Shown here one piece after another: positions 14,393-23,206 of a stretch of 64,000 nucleotides of DNA. This DNA is from an uncultured Acidimicrobiales bacterium (GTDB lineage Bacteria; Actinomycetota; Acidimicrobiia; Acidimicrobiales; RAAP-2). The stretch covers positions 186,221-250,220 of the forward strand of contig CAVOTI010000001.1 in NCBI GenBank assembly GCA_963699105.1, given 5' to 3'. Each line of letters starts with the position of its first letter. The first letter of the stretch is position 1. Under the pieces are notes generated by a model that was given only the letters and a program-made list of their open reading frames with translations, was not told the origin of the DNA and did not search any database. The position numbers were made by a program, and so were the translations under genes.

Positions 14393-14541
14393 GTCGGGGC
14401 GGTGCCTCCCGGCCGGCCGGCGGGCGACCGGGTCCGGTCGGACGACCGGTGTTCCGGGGCCGACGGTCGGGGCGGCCGCCAGTCGGGGTGGAGCCCGAGG
14501 TCCAGGGCGATCTTGAGCGCCCCGTACGGTGTGCGCCGTTG

Positions 14542-15319
14542 TCAGACCGCTTCGGGGTGCGTCGACCAGCCAGGCGATGGCGGCGGCCGGGGACCGAGGG
14601 CGGGGCACCCTGGTAGCGGCCGGTCAGGCCCAGGGCCGACGGCATTGACCTGTTGGCGTTCGGTCTCGACATAACCCGGATCGAGGTTGAAGGACCGGAT
14701 GCCCCGGTCACCCAGCTCCACCGCCAGCAGAGGGGCGAAGCGGTGGAGGGCCGCCTTGGAGGCGGCGTAGGCCAGACCCCAGCCACCTTGACCGACGGGA
14801 CCCGGTGGATCGGCAGTGGCGGTGTGGGAGGTCACGTTCACGATGGTGCCCCGGCCGGCGGCCAGCATCGTGGGCAGCACCGCTTTGATCAGCACGAACT
14901 GGGCGACGACGTTGGCGTCCAACTTCGACGCCATCTGGTCGACGGTCAGCTCCACGATCGGCACCATGCTCCCGGGGCCGGTGTCGACGGCATTGTTGAC
15001 CAGAAGATCGATGCCGCCCCAGGCGTCGACGACGGTGGAGACGGCGAGTCCCAGGGCGTGGTGATCGTGCAGATCGGCGGGTACCTCGATGACGTCGACC
15101 GCCGGACCGGCGCACCAACTCGGCGGTCTCCTCCAGGCTGCCCGGAAGGGCGCGTCCGCCGCCGGTGTCGGAGTCGTCCCGTCCTTGGCCGGCCTTTTGG
15201 GTGCGACCGGTGATGGCCACGTCCCAACCGGCACCGGCCAAGGCCACCGCGGTGGCTTTGCCGATGCCCCGGGTGGCGCCGGTGACAAGAGCGCGCTTGC
15301 GGACCCGACCTGACGACAT
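14542..15319 (-). CDS. Short-chain dehydrogenase/reductase (SDR), at least 3 frameshifts
   Basis: N-terminus KRALVTGATRGIGKATAVALAGAGWDVAITGR contains the TGxxxGxG motif. The core has LVNNAV and YAASKAAL. The tail AAIAWLVDAPEAV* is recovered only after removing one base from a G-run at 14554-14557. Confidence 0.8.
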
Positions 15320-15438
15320 TCCCCGGTGTCTAGCAGACGATGTGGCGGCGGGATCGGTTCGATGTCAACCGGAGCGGAGTACCGACCGGAGCTGAGTACC
15401 GAGCTGTTGTCGGTCTCGGGCGACGGCGACCGGTCAGG

Positions 15439-15759
15439 TCACTCCTCGTCGGGGATCTCGATGATCACTCCGCCTTCGATGACCACACCGTCATCGACCA
15501 CGGCCAGTGGAGTTGCCGATTGGGTCTCGGCGAATACGGCAACGAGGGCGGCCTGATCGGCAATGGTCGCCCGCAGCTTTGTCCGCTCCGGGATTCCCAG
15601 AGCGACACACCTAGCGCAGAAGTCGATCAATTCGCCGAGAGAAACTCCTGCAGCATTCTCCACGGACCTTGCGGCTGCCCCCACGTGCATATCTTCCCAC
15701 GGGCGCGCGCCCTTTCGCAGAGGTATGACTGAGGGTGATATTACGACCACAAGGCGCAT
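15439..15759 (-). CDS. Hypothetical small protein
   Basis: ORF of 106 aa. An internal Met gives MHVGAAARSVENAAGVSLGELIDFCARCVALGIPERTKL... I recognise no family. Confidence 0.35.
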   Translation of the reverse strand: MRLVVVISPSVIPLRKGARPWEDMHVGAAARSVENAAGVSLGELIDFCARCVALGIPERTKLRATIADQAALVAVFAETQSATPLAVVDDGVVIEGGVIIEIPDEE

Positions 15760-15809
15760 TCATGGCCGTTTGGCGCCTCGAGCGGCCCGGCGGAAACAAC
15801 GTCGACGAT

Positions 15810-16076
15810 TCAGTGTCCGTACGCCGGATTCCCCAACGGGCTGACCGACTCCCAACCCGGCGCGCCACAGATCGGACAGAGGGGGGCGCGTTCCACCACC
15901 TCGACGTCCTCGAGCCGGAATTCGTGACCGCAGTCCGCACATCCCCACCCCATCACGGGTTGAACGGCACGAGGTCGGTCGGCCAGCCCGATCGGGTGGA
16001 CCTCGGGATACCGTTCTCGGGCTTCGGCCAGAAACAATGCCTTCTGGCTGGGCCGAATATCCTCGAACTTGGGCAT
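15810..16076 (-). CDS. Hypothetical zinc-ribbon protein
   Basis: 88-aa ORF with CADCGHEF...(13 aa)...CPICG, i.e. a CxxC-N-CxxC ribbon. Confidence 0.45.
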   Translation of the reverse strand: MPKFEDIRPSQKALFLAEARERYPEVHPIGLADRPRAVQPVMGWGCADCGHEFRLEDVEVVERAPLCPICGAPGWESVSPLGNPAYGH

Positions 16077-16245
16077 TCAGATTCATCGGCACGAAAGCGG
16101 GAGCCCTTGACCGTTCGAGGTCGGGACCGGTGGAGATGCCTCCGATTTCCATCGGGCAAGAAGTTCGAGGACGGTGGTGTCCAGTGGCGCACCTGCACCG
16201 GTCGGATGGTCGATGACCGGCGATGTCCGTCCGGGTTGGGCCGCC

Positions 16246-16290
16246 GCAGTGTGGTCAGCCGCAGTGTGGTCAGCCGCAGTGTGGTCAGCC
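16246..16290. repeat. Perfect 15-bp x 3 tandem repeat (GCAGTGTGGTCAGCC)
   Basis: Three identical, directly abutting units at 16246-60, 16261-75 and 16276-90. The stop codon of the anti-sigma-like gene lies inside the last unit. Confidence 0.95.
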
Positions 16291-17226
16291 GGCGTTGGTG
16301 TCGGGCGTCACTGCCCCTTGTCCGCTCGGCGTCCCCCCGCCGGCCCCTCCCCCGGAGCAGACGGTGGCCGAGGACGTCGCCTGGGTGCTCCTGTTGCATG
16401 TCCCGCTTCCGGCCGGCGGACCCGGAGGTGCGGTGTTCAACGTCTGGGTGGTCACTCCTCCGGACGTGGTGATCTCGGCGGCCCCGGCGCCGAGGTCTCC
16501 GGGCCACCAGGCAACGAACCACCCGTTTCCGGTGGTGGTGCGGACGTGATCGCCGTCACTGCGCAGGAGGGTCACCGCCGACACGCCCGCCTCGACCTGG
16601 CCCTCGACCACGGTGAAGGAGCCCTGGCTGGCCGAGTCGAGATGGGCGACGGTCACATGGGTGATGCTCCCCGAACCGGTACCACCGACCGTGATCGAAC
16701 TGGCACCCTGGCCTCCTGAGGTGGCCGGCCCGGGCCCGCTCCCACTGCTCGAGGCCGAGGTCGAGGCGCCAGTGGCCGAGCTCCGGGAGACGATGGTGAT
16801 CGATGGTCCGGTGAGACAGGTGGCGTCGGTGTCGCCGCTCTGATAAACGGCGAGCGTGAACGGCCCCCGCACATCGGTGGCCTCCTGGCTCCATCCGCCG
16901 GCCGGGGTGCCGGGGAGAGGTGGAGCCGAACTCAGCTGGGCCAGGCAGGCAGAATCGGCGGCGGCCGTCTGGTCGGCGGAGGCGGGAGTGGGAACCGACG
17001 TCCAGCCGGCGAATGCCGGCTGTGAGCTGCCGAGCACCACGACCGAGGCGACCACCCCGGTCGTGGCCGCCACTCCGGCCAGCGATGCCACGGTGATCTT
17101 CGGCAGGGGGCGGCGTGATCTCGGGTGGTAGGCGATTCCAGACAGCCGTTCCCCGGCCTCGGCCGGTATGCCGGCGGCTTTCAGTGAAAACGCCTGGCGC
17201 AGGTCAGATTCGAGTTGCTGGTTCAT
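16285..17226 (-). CDS. Putative anti-sigma factor / membrane-anchored extracytoplasmic protein
   Basis: The start MNQQLESDLRQAF overlaps the ECF sigma stop by 23 nt. It has one TM helix (ITVASLAGVAATTGVVASVVVLG) and a Ser/Thr/Gly-rich ectodomain. The call rests on position and topology only. Confidence 0.55.
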   Translation of the reverse strand: MNQQLESDLRQAFSLKAAGIPAEAGERLSGIAYHPRSRRPLPKITVASLAGVAATTGVVASVVVLGSSQPAFAGWTSVPTPASADQTAAADSACLAQLSSAPPLPGTPAGGWSQEATDVRGPFTLAVYQSGDTDATCLTGPSITIVSRSSATGASTSASSSGSGPGPATSGGQGASSITVGGTGSGSITHVTVAHLDSASQGSFTVVEGQVEAGVSAVTLLRSDGDHVRTTTGNGWFVAWWPGDLGAGAAEITTSGGVTTQTLNTAPPGPPAGSGTCNRSTQATSSATVCSGGGAGGGTPSGQGAVTPDTNAG

Positions 17227-17798
17227 CGTTGGTTCCTTTCGTTGGGGCCGCGGGCTGTACATCGAGACGGCCATCGGTCGGCGGGACGGGGCCGAGGACT
17301 TGCCGGAGACGGTCCAGACCCCGAGAGGTCGTGCTCTTGACGGTGCCGACCGAACAGCCGAGGATCTCGGCCACCTGGGCCTCCGACAGATCTTCGAAGT
17401 ATCGGAGCACGAGGACGGCGCGCTGGCCCGGAGCCAGGGCGGCCAGGCCGTCCATCAGCTCGGATGTGCTCTCCACCGACCGGAGGGCCCGGGCGGCGTC
17501 GGCGTCGGGACGGTTGTCGGCGTCCGGGCGTTCCCGTGGATCCAGTTCGGAGTGACGACGGTTGCGCCGTTTGGAGTCGTCGAGGGCGAGGTTGACGACG
17601 ATGCGCCGTGCATACGCCTTGGGGTGCTCCATCGACCGCACCCGAGGCCAGCGCCGGGCGACTCGTAACAGACACTCCTGGACGAGGTCCTCGGCGGTGG
17701 CTAGGTCCCAGCACCACCAGGTAGCTGGTCCGGAGGAGATCACCGGCAGAGTCGGCCACGAACCGCTCGAACTCCTCGCCGGCCTCGTCCCGTCTCAT
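17204..17798 (-). CDS. ECF (group 4) RNA polymerase sigma factor, one frameshift (~17715)
   Basis: Region 2: FERFVADSAGDLLRTSYLVV...AEDLVQECLLRVARRW. Region 4: LAPGQRAVLVLRYFEDLSEAQVAEILGCSVGTVKSTTSRGLDRLR. Confidence 0.85.
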
Positions 17799-17959
17799 GC
17801 CCGTTCCAACCGGTCGATGGCGTCCATTGTCTCTGCTTAACCGGCGCGCGCCTCCCAAATGGTCGTCTCCGAACCGAAGAAATCCTCCGATGGACCGGTC
17901 GGAACCGTGGTCGGCGGCCGAGCGGTCTGCCGGAGGATCGAAGCAGCAGCTCCGAGCGG

Positions 17960-19182
17960 TCAGGGGCGCTCAGGCGCCAGTGGTACGCCGACTCGGCCAG
18001 GCCCACGTCTTCGACCAGGTTTCCGAGAGCCAGATTGATGTCCTGGAAGTGGTAGCCCCAGGTGGGGCCGGCGATCTCGCTGACCAGCGGTCGGGTATCC
18101 GACTTCGCAGCGACGGTGTCGGTGACCTGGAGCCAGCGTGGCCCCGTCCTCGGTGGCGCAGGTGCCCGTGTACTGCTTGGGGTAGTACAGCCACGGGGTG
18201 GAAACCGGAGGCGGAGACGGGGCCATGGACGGGATCGGGAGCGGCGCGGTCACCGGCCAGTAGGTCTTCAGGTAGGCCGGGCCGCCGCCGATGGCGGCCG
18301 GATTGACGCAGGCCACCTGGACCCCGGTCGTCGCCGTCTGTCCGGCGTTGAGGCTGATGCCCTGTCCAGGGCGTCCGAAGTTGGCATTGGCCGGCGGCTC
18401 CGAGGGAAACGAGGAGTAGGCGATCGACGCAGCCGCTCGGGTTCGGTGGCGGTGCACAGCGGGAGGTGCTCGAAGGTGGCTCCCACCGTCTGGCCGGTCG
18501 GTACGGTGACGTTCCCTCCGGCGATGATGGCCAGCACCATCAGCTTCTGAGCGATCGGATTCGTGTCCACGCTGGGCCCGCAGCAGCCTGATGAGCATGA
18601 GGGATCCCTGGGAGTGTCCGATGAAGATGATCGGGTGACCATGGTCGTAGTCGGTGATGAAGTCGCGCCAGTCGGCCAGCACGCTGCGATAGGCGACGGT
18701 GTAGGCCCCGGGGTCGGTGGTGTTGGCCCGGCCGAGTCCGTCCACGGTGATCTGGCGGTACATGGGGCCCAGACGTTGCAGACCTTCGAGAAGCGGGCCG
18801 CCTGGTCTGTGGCGATCGACGTCTCGGCCGACTGGACGACGAGGTCCGAGTTGACGCTCGCCTCATTGCTGGCCGTCGGATAGAGGTAGAAGCAGTCGAA
18901 TCGGTGGTTGGAGCTGACGGTGTCCGCCTGGACGGTCCGGGCGCCCTTCGCCGTCACCGTGGTCGTCTCCATGCTCCCGTCGCACGGGTTGTCGGCCAGA
19001 CCGGGCCGGCACAGCCACACCGTCCCGGCCGGATCGGTTCGGGGCACGGGGGACGTCGTGGCCGATGCCGACGCCGGCGAAACGAGGCCGGCCGTCACGA
19101 CCAGCGAGAGGAGACCGAGCAAGACGACCCGACCCAAGATGATCCTCGCCCGTCGGGCTCCCGGTGCCTGACCGTCGATCAC
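17960..19182 (-). CDS. Secreted alpha/beta-hydrolase, DUF3089-like lipase/esterase; at least 3 frameshifts; 3' end +/-12 nt
   Basis: Signal peptide RRARIILGRVVLLGLLSLVVTAGLVSPASA. Motifs FDCFYLYPT, VWAP(Y)RQIT and the nucleophile elbow IFIGHSQGS. The pieces lie in three frames. Confidence 0.65.
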
Positions 19183-19279
19183 CTACGGCACGCTACCGGG
19201 ACAAGTGGCGGTGAGCACCCGGGTCCTCGACCGACGGGCACCCAGCGGTCACCGTCGCCGGCCGCGGGAACCGAGCGGT

Positions 19280-20359
19280 TCAGAAGCGTCGCACCGTCCG
19301 CTTCACCTTGCGCAGGGTGTCGCCCATCAAGGTGGCGAGCTTGTCGTTCGGACCCGAGACGACATCCGTCGTCCTCAGGTCGACCAGGTCGGCCGAGGCG
19401 CTCTCGGGTAGCGGGACCGACCGGTAGCGGTCCTCGTCGTCGGGGTTGGTCGGATCGGCGAACAGGAATCCCCCGTTCATGCGGTAGGCCAACGGGACCT
19501 CGCCCGGGGCCCGCCGGTCTCGGGTGTAGCCCGAAACCGTCGAATAGTGGGTTACCAGCGAGCGCCTCGTCCGATCGGGGTCCTTGGCCGGCGACCCACC
19601 GTGGACCAGGGCGCTGTGCCAGAAGAAGACGTCCCCCTTCTTGGGGCAGAAGATCTGTTGTGGGTACTGCCGGTCGGCAACCTGGTCGTGGAGGTGCCCG
19701 ATGAACTCGGGGACGGTGCGGGTCGATTCGGTGGTCAGTGCCAACTCGTCCTGGCCCCAGTCGAACTTGTCCACGGTGTGAGATCCCGGGTGGTAGAAGA
19801 GCGGTCCGGCGACGGGATCGACGTCCTCGAGGGCGATCCAGGTGGCGGCCAGTTGGCTGGGGATCTCAGCCGTGACATAAGGGAAATCCTGGTGGGCTCC
19901 CTGCTCGCTGCCGTAGATGAAGGTCAGCGTCTGCATGGCCACCGGAGCTTGACGAAAGATGTGCCGGAGGAACTCGACGATGCGGGGATGGAGCACCATG
20001 TTCTTCCCGGCCGTCGAGGCGTTGTGGAGGTCCATGACCCGCAGGTGGTGGTTTTCCCAAGCCTCGGGGGGGAAGTCCCGAGCCCGGTGCTCACCGAACC
20101 CCTCGATCTGGAACATGACCCCCGACCGGGCCCGGTCGTCGAGCAGACGGTCGATATCGGCCAGATAGGCGTCGATGAGGTCGGCCTCGACCAGCCCGGG
20201 GAAGGTCACATAGCCGTGACGCATCCAGTGAACCAGCTTCTCGGCCAAGTCGTAGTCCGGTCGTTCGTCAACGGGAAGCCGCGAGACATAGGAGTCGATC
20301 TCGTAGTAGTAGCGATCCAGCCAGGGAACTGTTTCGGGATCGAACTCAGGTCCTCTCAT
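19280..20359 (-). CDS. Phytanoyl-CoA dioxygenase (PhyH) family Fe(II)/2-oxoglutarate oxygenase
   Basis: Intact from MRGPEFDPETVPWLDRYYYEIDSY. It has GAHQDFPY (HxD), DVFFWHSALVHGG (distal His) and RRSLVTHY. Confidence 0.7.
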   Translation of the reverse strand: MRGPEFDPETVPWLDRYYYEIDSYVSRLPVDERPDYDLAEKLVHWMRHGYVTFPGLVEADLIDAYLADIDRLLDDRARSGVMFQIEGFGEHRARDFPPEAWENHHLRVMDLHNASTAGKNMVLHPRIVEFLRHIFRQAPVAMQTLTFIYGSEQGAHQDFPYVTAEIPSQLAATWIALEDVDPVAGPLFYHPGSHTVDKFDWGQDELALTTESTRTVPEFIGHLHDQVADRQYPQQIFCPKKGDVFFWHSALVHGGSPAKDPDRTRRSLVTHYSTVSGYTRDRRAPGEVPLAYRMNGGFLFADPTNPDDEDRYRSVPLPESASADLVDLRTTDVVSGPNDKLATLMGDTLRKVKRTVRRF

Positions 20360-20573
20360 GGCCGACCATCTTAGGTACCTGGATCGATGTGACGAGGGGT
20401 GACGCCGCCGGGGCCAGGGACGCCTGGACCCGAGGGGTGGCGGCTCCATCGAGCGGCCCGACGATCCTCACCCGGTTCGGCCGGCACTTTCTGGGCCGGC
20501 ACGACGACCGGCCGCCGGGGCCAGGCATCGGTCCTGGTTCGAAGGTACTCTTGGTGGCGAAAGTGCAGGTGCG

Positions 20574-20894
20574 ATGGCACAGACCAGAGAGCGGGCATTG
20601 AGACAGCCCCCGGTCAGTCGGACCAGGCGACTGATGCTGGGGCTGACCCGGCGAGTCAAGCGGAGGGTCTTCCTTCTTGGCGACTCATGGGCCGATGGCC
20701 TGAAGCGGGCGGGCACTTTCGTACTCGGTTGGGGTGCTCTGATCGGATTGCTGGCCTGGGGGTCGTACCGACAGGGCTTTCTTCATGGTGTGGGAGACGG
20801 GATCACGTTCTGCGCCGTCCTCTTCCTGCTGGCCGTCCTGGCGGCACCTAACTACATGGATCGCCGCCGACCACCGAGCCGCAACCCATACTGA
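20574..20894 (+). CDS. Small hypothetical membrane protein
   Basis: Basic N-terminus, then two hydrophobic helices FVLGWGALIGLLAWG and ITFCAVLFLLAVLAAP. Confidence 0.4.
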   Translation: MAQTRERALRQPPVSRTRRLMLGLTRRVKRRVFLLGDSWADGLKRAGTFVLGWGALIGLLAWGSYRQGFLHGVGDGITFCAVLFLLAVLAAPNYMDRRRPPSRNPY

Positions 20895-21298
20895 CGGTCA
20901 AGCTCGGGCGTGGGCCGCTCCGGGTCCGATGGCCTGCTGCGTTGGGCCGTGGGCTCCGGTACGAATGCGGTCAGGCGACCCGATGACCTCGCCGAACTGG
21001 AGGGAGGCCAGCGTCCTTCGGGAGGCGCCACGACGGGCCGAAGGCGGGTCGACCCGGGCCGGATGCCGGATCGACGACGGCCCCGTGACGGCGGCCCGGG
21101 CAGGATCGGGGTGGTCAGTGGCGCATGGTTGGACCGAGTAGGAATATTGGTGCGGTGAAATGGGCCGCAGTTGGTGCTCACAGGATCGAACGTGGTGTCG
21201 ATTGACCCGGAGAGCGCCCGGCCCGGCCGAGTCCGAGCGGCGGGCAGACCGAGGCATGGTCTTGCCCACCGGACGAGACGCATGCAAAGGAGGAACAC

Positions 21299-21748
21299 AT
21301 GAACATCCTGGCGGCAACCGATGGATCCGAAACTGCGATCGATGCGGCTCGCCGGTCGATGGACTTGCTACGCCCCGGGGGTCACGTGGTGCTGGTGGCG
21401 GTCATCCCGGAATTCGAGGACCCCATGGAGGACGCAGGGGGCATAGAGGGCCCAGTCATCAGCTACAAGCAGGCCGAGAAGGATTGGAAGGCGGCAACCA
21501 CCGAGGGAGAAGCCGCACTCGACCGTACCGCCGCCGTGTTGGGAACCGATGCGGAGGTTCGTCTGGTCCCGGACGATGAAAAGGCAGGGGCGGCCATCGT
21601 CCGGGTGGCCGGCGAGATAAAGGCAGATGTACTGGTGATCGGCTCGTCCAGCGAGGGCTGGTTGAGCCGGCTCTTCGGTCGTTCCGTCAGCGACTACGTC
21701 ACCCATCACGCACCGTGTCCAGTGATGCTGATCCGCCACGACCACTGA
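21299..21748 (+). CDS. Universal stress protein (UspA family)
   Basis: MNILAATDGSETAIDAARRSMDLL...ADVLVIGSSSEGWLSRLFGRSVSDYVTHHAPCPVMLIR. An AAAGGAGGA Shine-Dalgarno sequence lies upstream. Confidence 0.85.
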   Translation: MNILAATDGSETAIDAARRSMDLLRPGGHVVLVAVIPEFEDPMEDAGGIEGPVISYKQAEKDWKAATTEGEAALDRTAAVLGTDAEVRLVPDDEKAGAAIVRVAGEIKADVLVIGSSSEGWLSRLFGRSVSDYVTHHAPCPVMLIRHDH

Positions 21749-22047
21749 GCAACGACAACCGGCAGACCGGGGCGACCGTGGCCAGTAACTCTGCCCTCCG
21801 GGCGAACGTTCTCCGGCCATGTCGCACTCGACGAACGACCCGGCGCGCCGGCCGGCCTGACCGATCGTTCCTTTTGTCTGCCGCTGGCTGATGGTGGGGG
21901 CGGGCTGTCGGCCGTGACATCGCCGCTGAGCACGCATCCATGGCTCGACGAGGGGAGCCGTGACGAGAGGACCGAGACGAGGTGCAAGTGTGTGCGGCGC
22001 CCTATCCGTGGGCGGGCCGGTGCCGCCCTCGGCGGTACCCTTGTCGA

Positions 22048-22596
22048 ATGCGACCCCTTCGGTACTCGATCAACATCACCTTGGACGGGTGCTGTGACCA
22101 TCGGGCCATTCCTCCGGACGAAGATCTGCATCTTCACGCCACCGGAAACCTCGAGTGGGCCGATGCCCTTCTCTTCGGTCGGGTGACCTACGAGATGATG
22201 GAATCGGCCTGGCGGCCGCCGACGCCGGCGGGAGCCAGGCCTGACTGGATGGAACCCTTCGGCCAGACGATCAACGCGGCGAAGAAGTACGTCGTGTCGA
22301 GCACCCTGGAGCAGGTCGACTGGAACGCCGAACTCGTAGGAGGCGATTTGGGCGAGGCCGTTCAGCAACTGAAGCGGGAGTCGGGGAACGGGCTGTTGGT
22401 GGGAGGGGTGATGCTCCCACTGGCGTTGACGGAGCTGGGATTGATCGATGAGTACGAGTTCGTGGTGCATCCCAGGCTGGCGGGCCACGGACCGACGCTG
22501 TCGGCCGGTCTGTCGAGACACGTCGACTTGAAGCTCGTGGGCCGGTTGGAGCTCGGCTCGGGGGCCGTGGCCATGCGGTACGAGCCGACAAGGTAG
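22048..22596 (+). CDS. Dihydrofolate-reductase-like (RibD C-terminal domain) family protein
   Basis: MRPLRYSINITLDGCCDHRAI...LLFGRVTYEMM...KKYVVSSTL...LLVGGVMLPLALTELGLIDEYEFVVHPRLAGHG. Confidence 0.7.
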   Translation: MRPLRYSINITLDGCCDHRAIPPDEDLHLHATGNLEWADALLFGRVTYEMMESAWRPPTPAGARPDWMEPFGQTINAAKKYVVSSTLEQVDWNAELVGGDLGEAVQQLKRESGNGLLVGGVMLPLALTELGLIDEYEFVVHPRLAGHGPTLSAGLSRHVDLKLVGRLELGSGAVAMRYEPTR

Positions 22597-22911
22597 CCGT
22601 CGGGCATTCCCGCCCGGGCCCACTGCATCATGGAGCCGGATCATGGAGACGATGTGGAACGAGCAAGCTCCTTCAGCCCGACAAGAGGCCGGTGCCGTTG
22701 AGAATGGGCCGGCCAGGCTCGTCCTGCTCGGCTGACGTCGGCCCCGTACCGCCCGTGGGTGTCGGCCTCGATCTTCTCGGCGGGCTGGTGAGCGGCGCAG
22801 AGTCACAAGATCTGCAGGTGAGACCCGGTGTCGGCGCCGGGGCCACACTGCCATGCGGATAACAAGATTTGGGGATAGCAATAGCGGGTTTATCGGTTCT
22901 ACGCTGTCGTC

Positions 22912-23160
22912 GTGGCTACCACCGAAGAAAGACTCGACGACGGGAAAGAGGTCAGCCTCGCCGAGGGATTCGCCGCCATCATCCTTGAGATACGGGACGA
23001 CTTCACGCGGCTGGAGCAGAGAGTCGACGTGCTGGCCGAACGAATCGACATCATCTCCGATTCGGACGACGCCGAGGAGGAGATCGACCTGGCCTTGGAG
23101 ATCGATGACCTGCGCCTGGAGATAAAGAAGCTTCGGAAGGCTCTGAAGAGGGCGTACTAG
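22912..23160 (+). CDS. Small acidic coiled-coil protein, hypothetical
   Basis: 82 aa from a GTG start. It is very acidic (EEEIDLALEIDDLRLEIKKLRKALK). Confidence 0.4.
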   Translation: MATTEERLDDGKEVSLAEGFAAIILEIRDDFTRLEQRVDVLAERIDIISDSDDAEEEIDLALEIDDLRLEIKKLRKALKRAY

Positions 23161-23170
23161 GGGCTATTGG

Positions 23171-23192
23171 AGTCTCCGACCATGCGGGGACT
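23171..23192. terminator. Hairpin between convergent genes (possible bidirectional intrinsic terminator)
   Basis: AGTCTCCG-ACCATG-CGGGGACT forms an 8-bp stem (one G:U pair) with a 6-nt loop. It starts 11 nt after the stop at 23160 and ends 15 nt before the stop at 23207. There is no U-tract. Confidence 0.35.
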
Positions 23193-23206
23193 GGCCTGGT
23201 CGCCGG

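Noticed and set aside
15371-15402. Direct repeat GGAGCNGAGTACCGA x 2 upstream of the SDR gene as an operator
   Set aside because: There are only two copies, no palindromic character and no adjacent regulator gene. It could be chance.
20895-21298. 400-bp untranslated region upstream of the USP gene as a riboswitch or sRNA
   Set aside because: I could identify no known motif and no convincing conserved structure by eye. The ORFs in it have non-protein-like composition.
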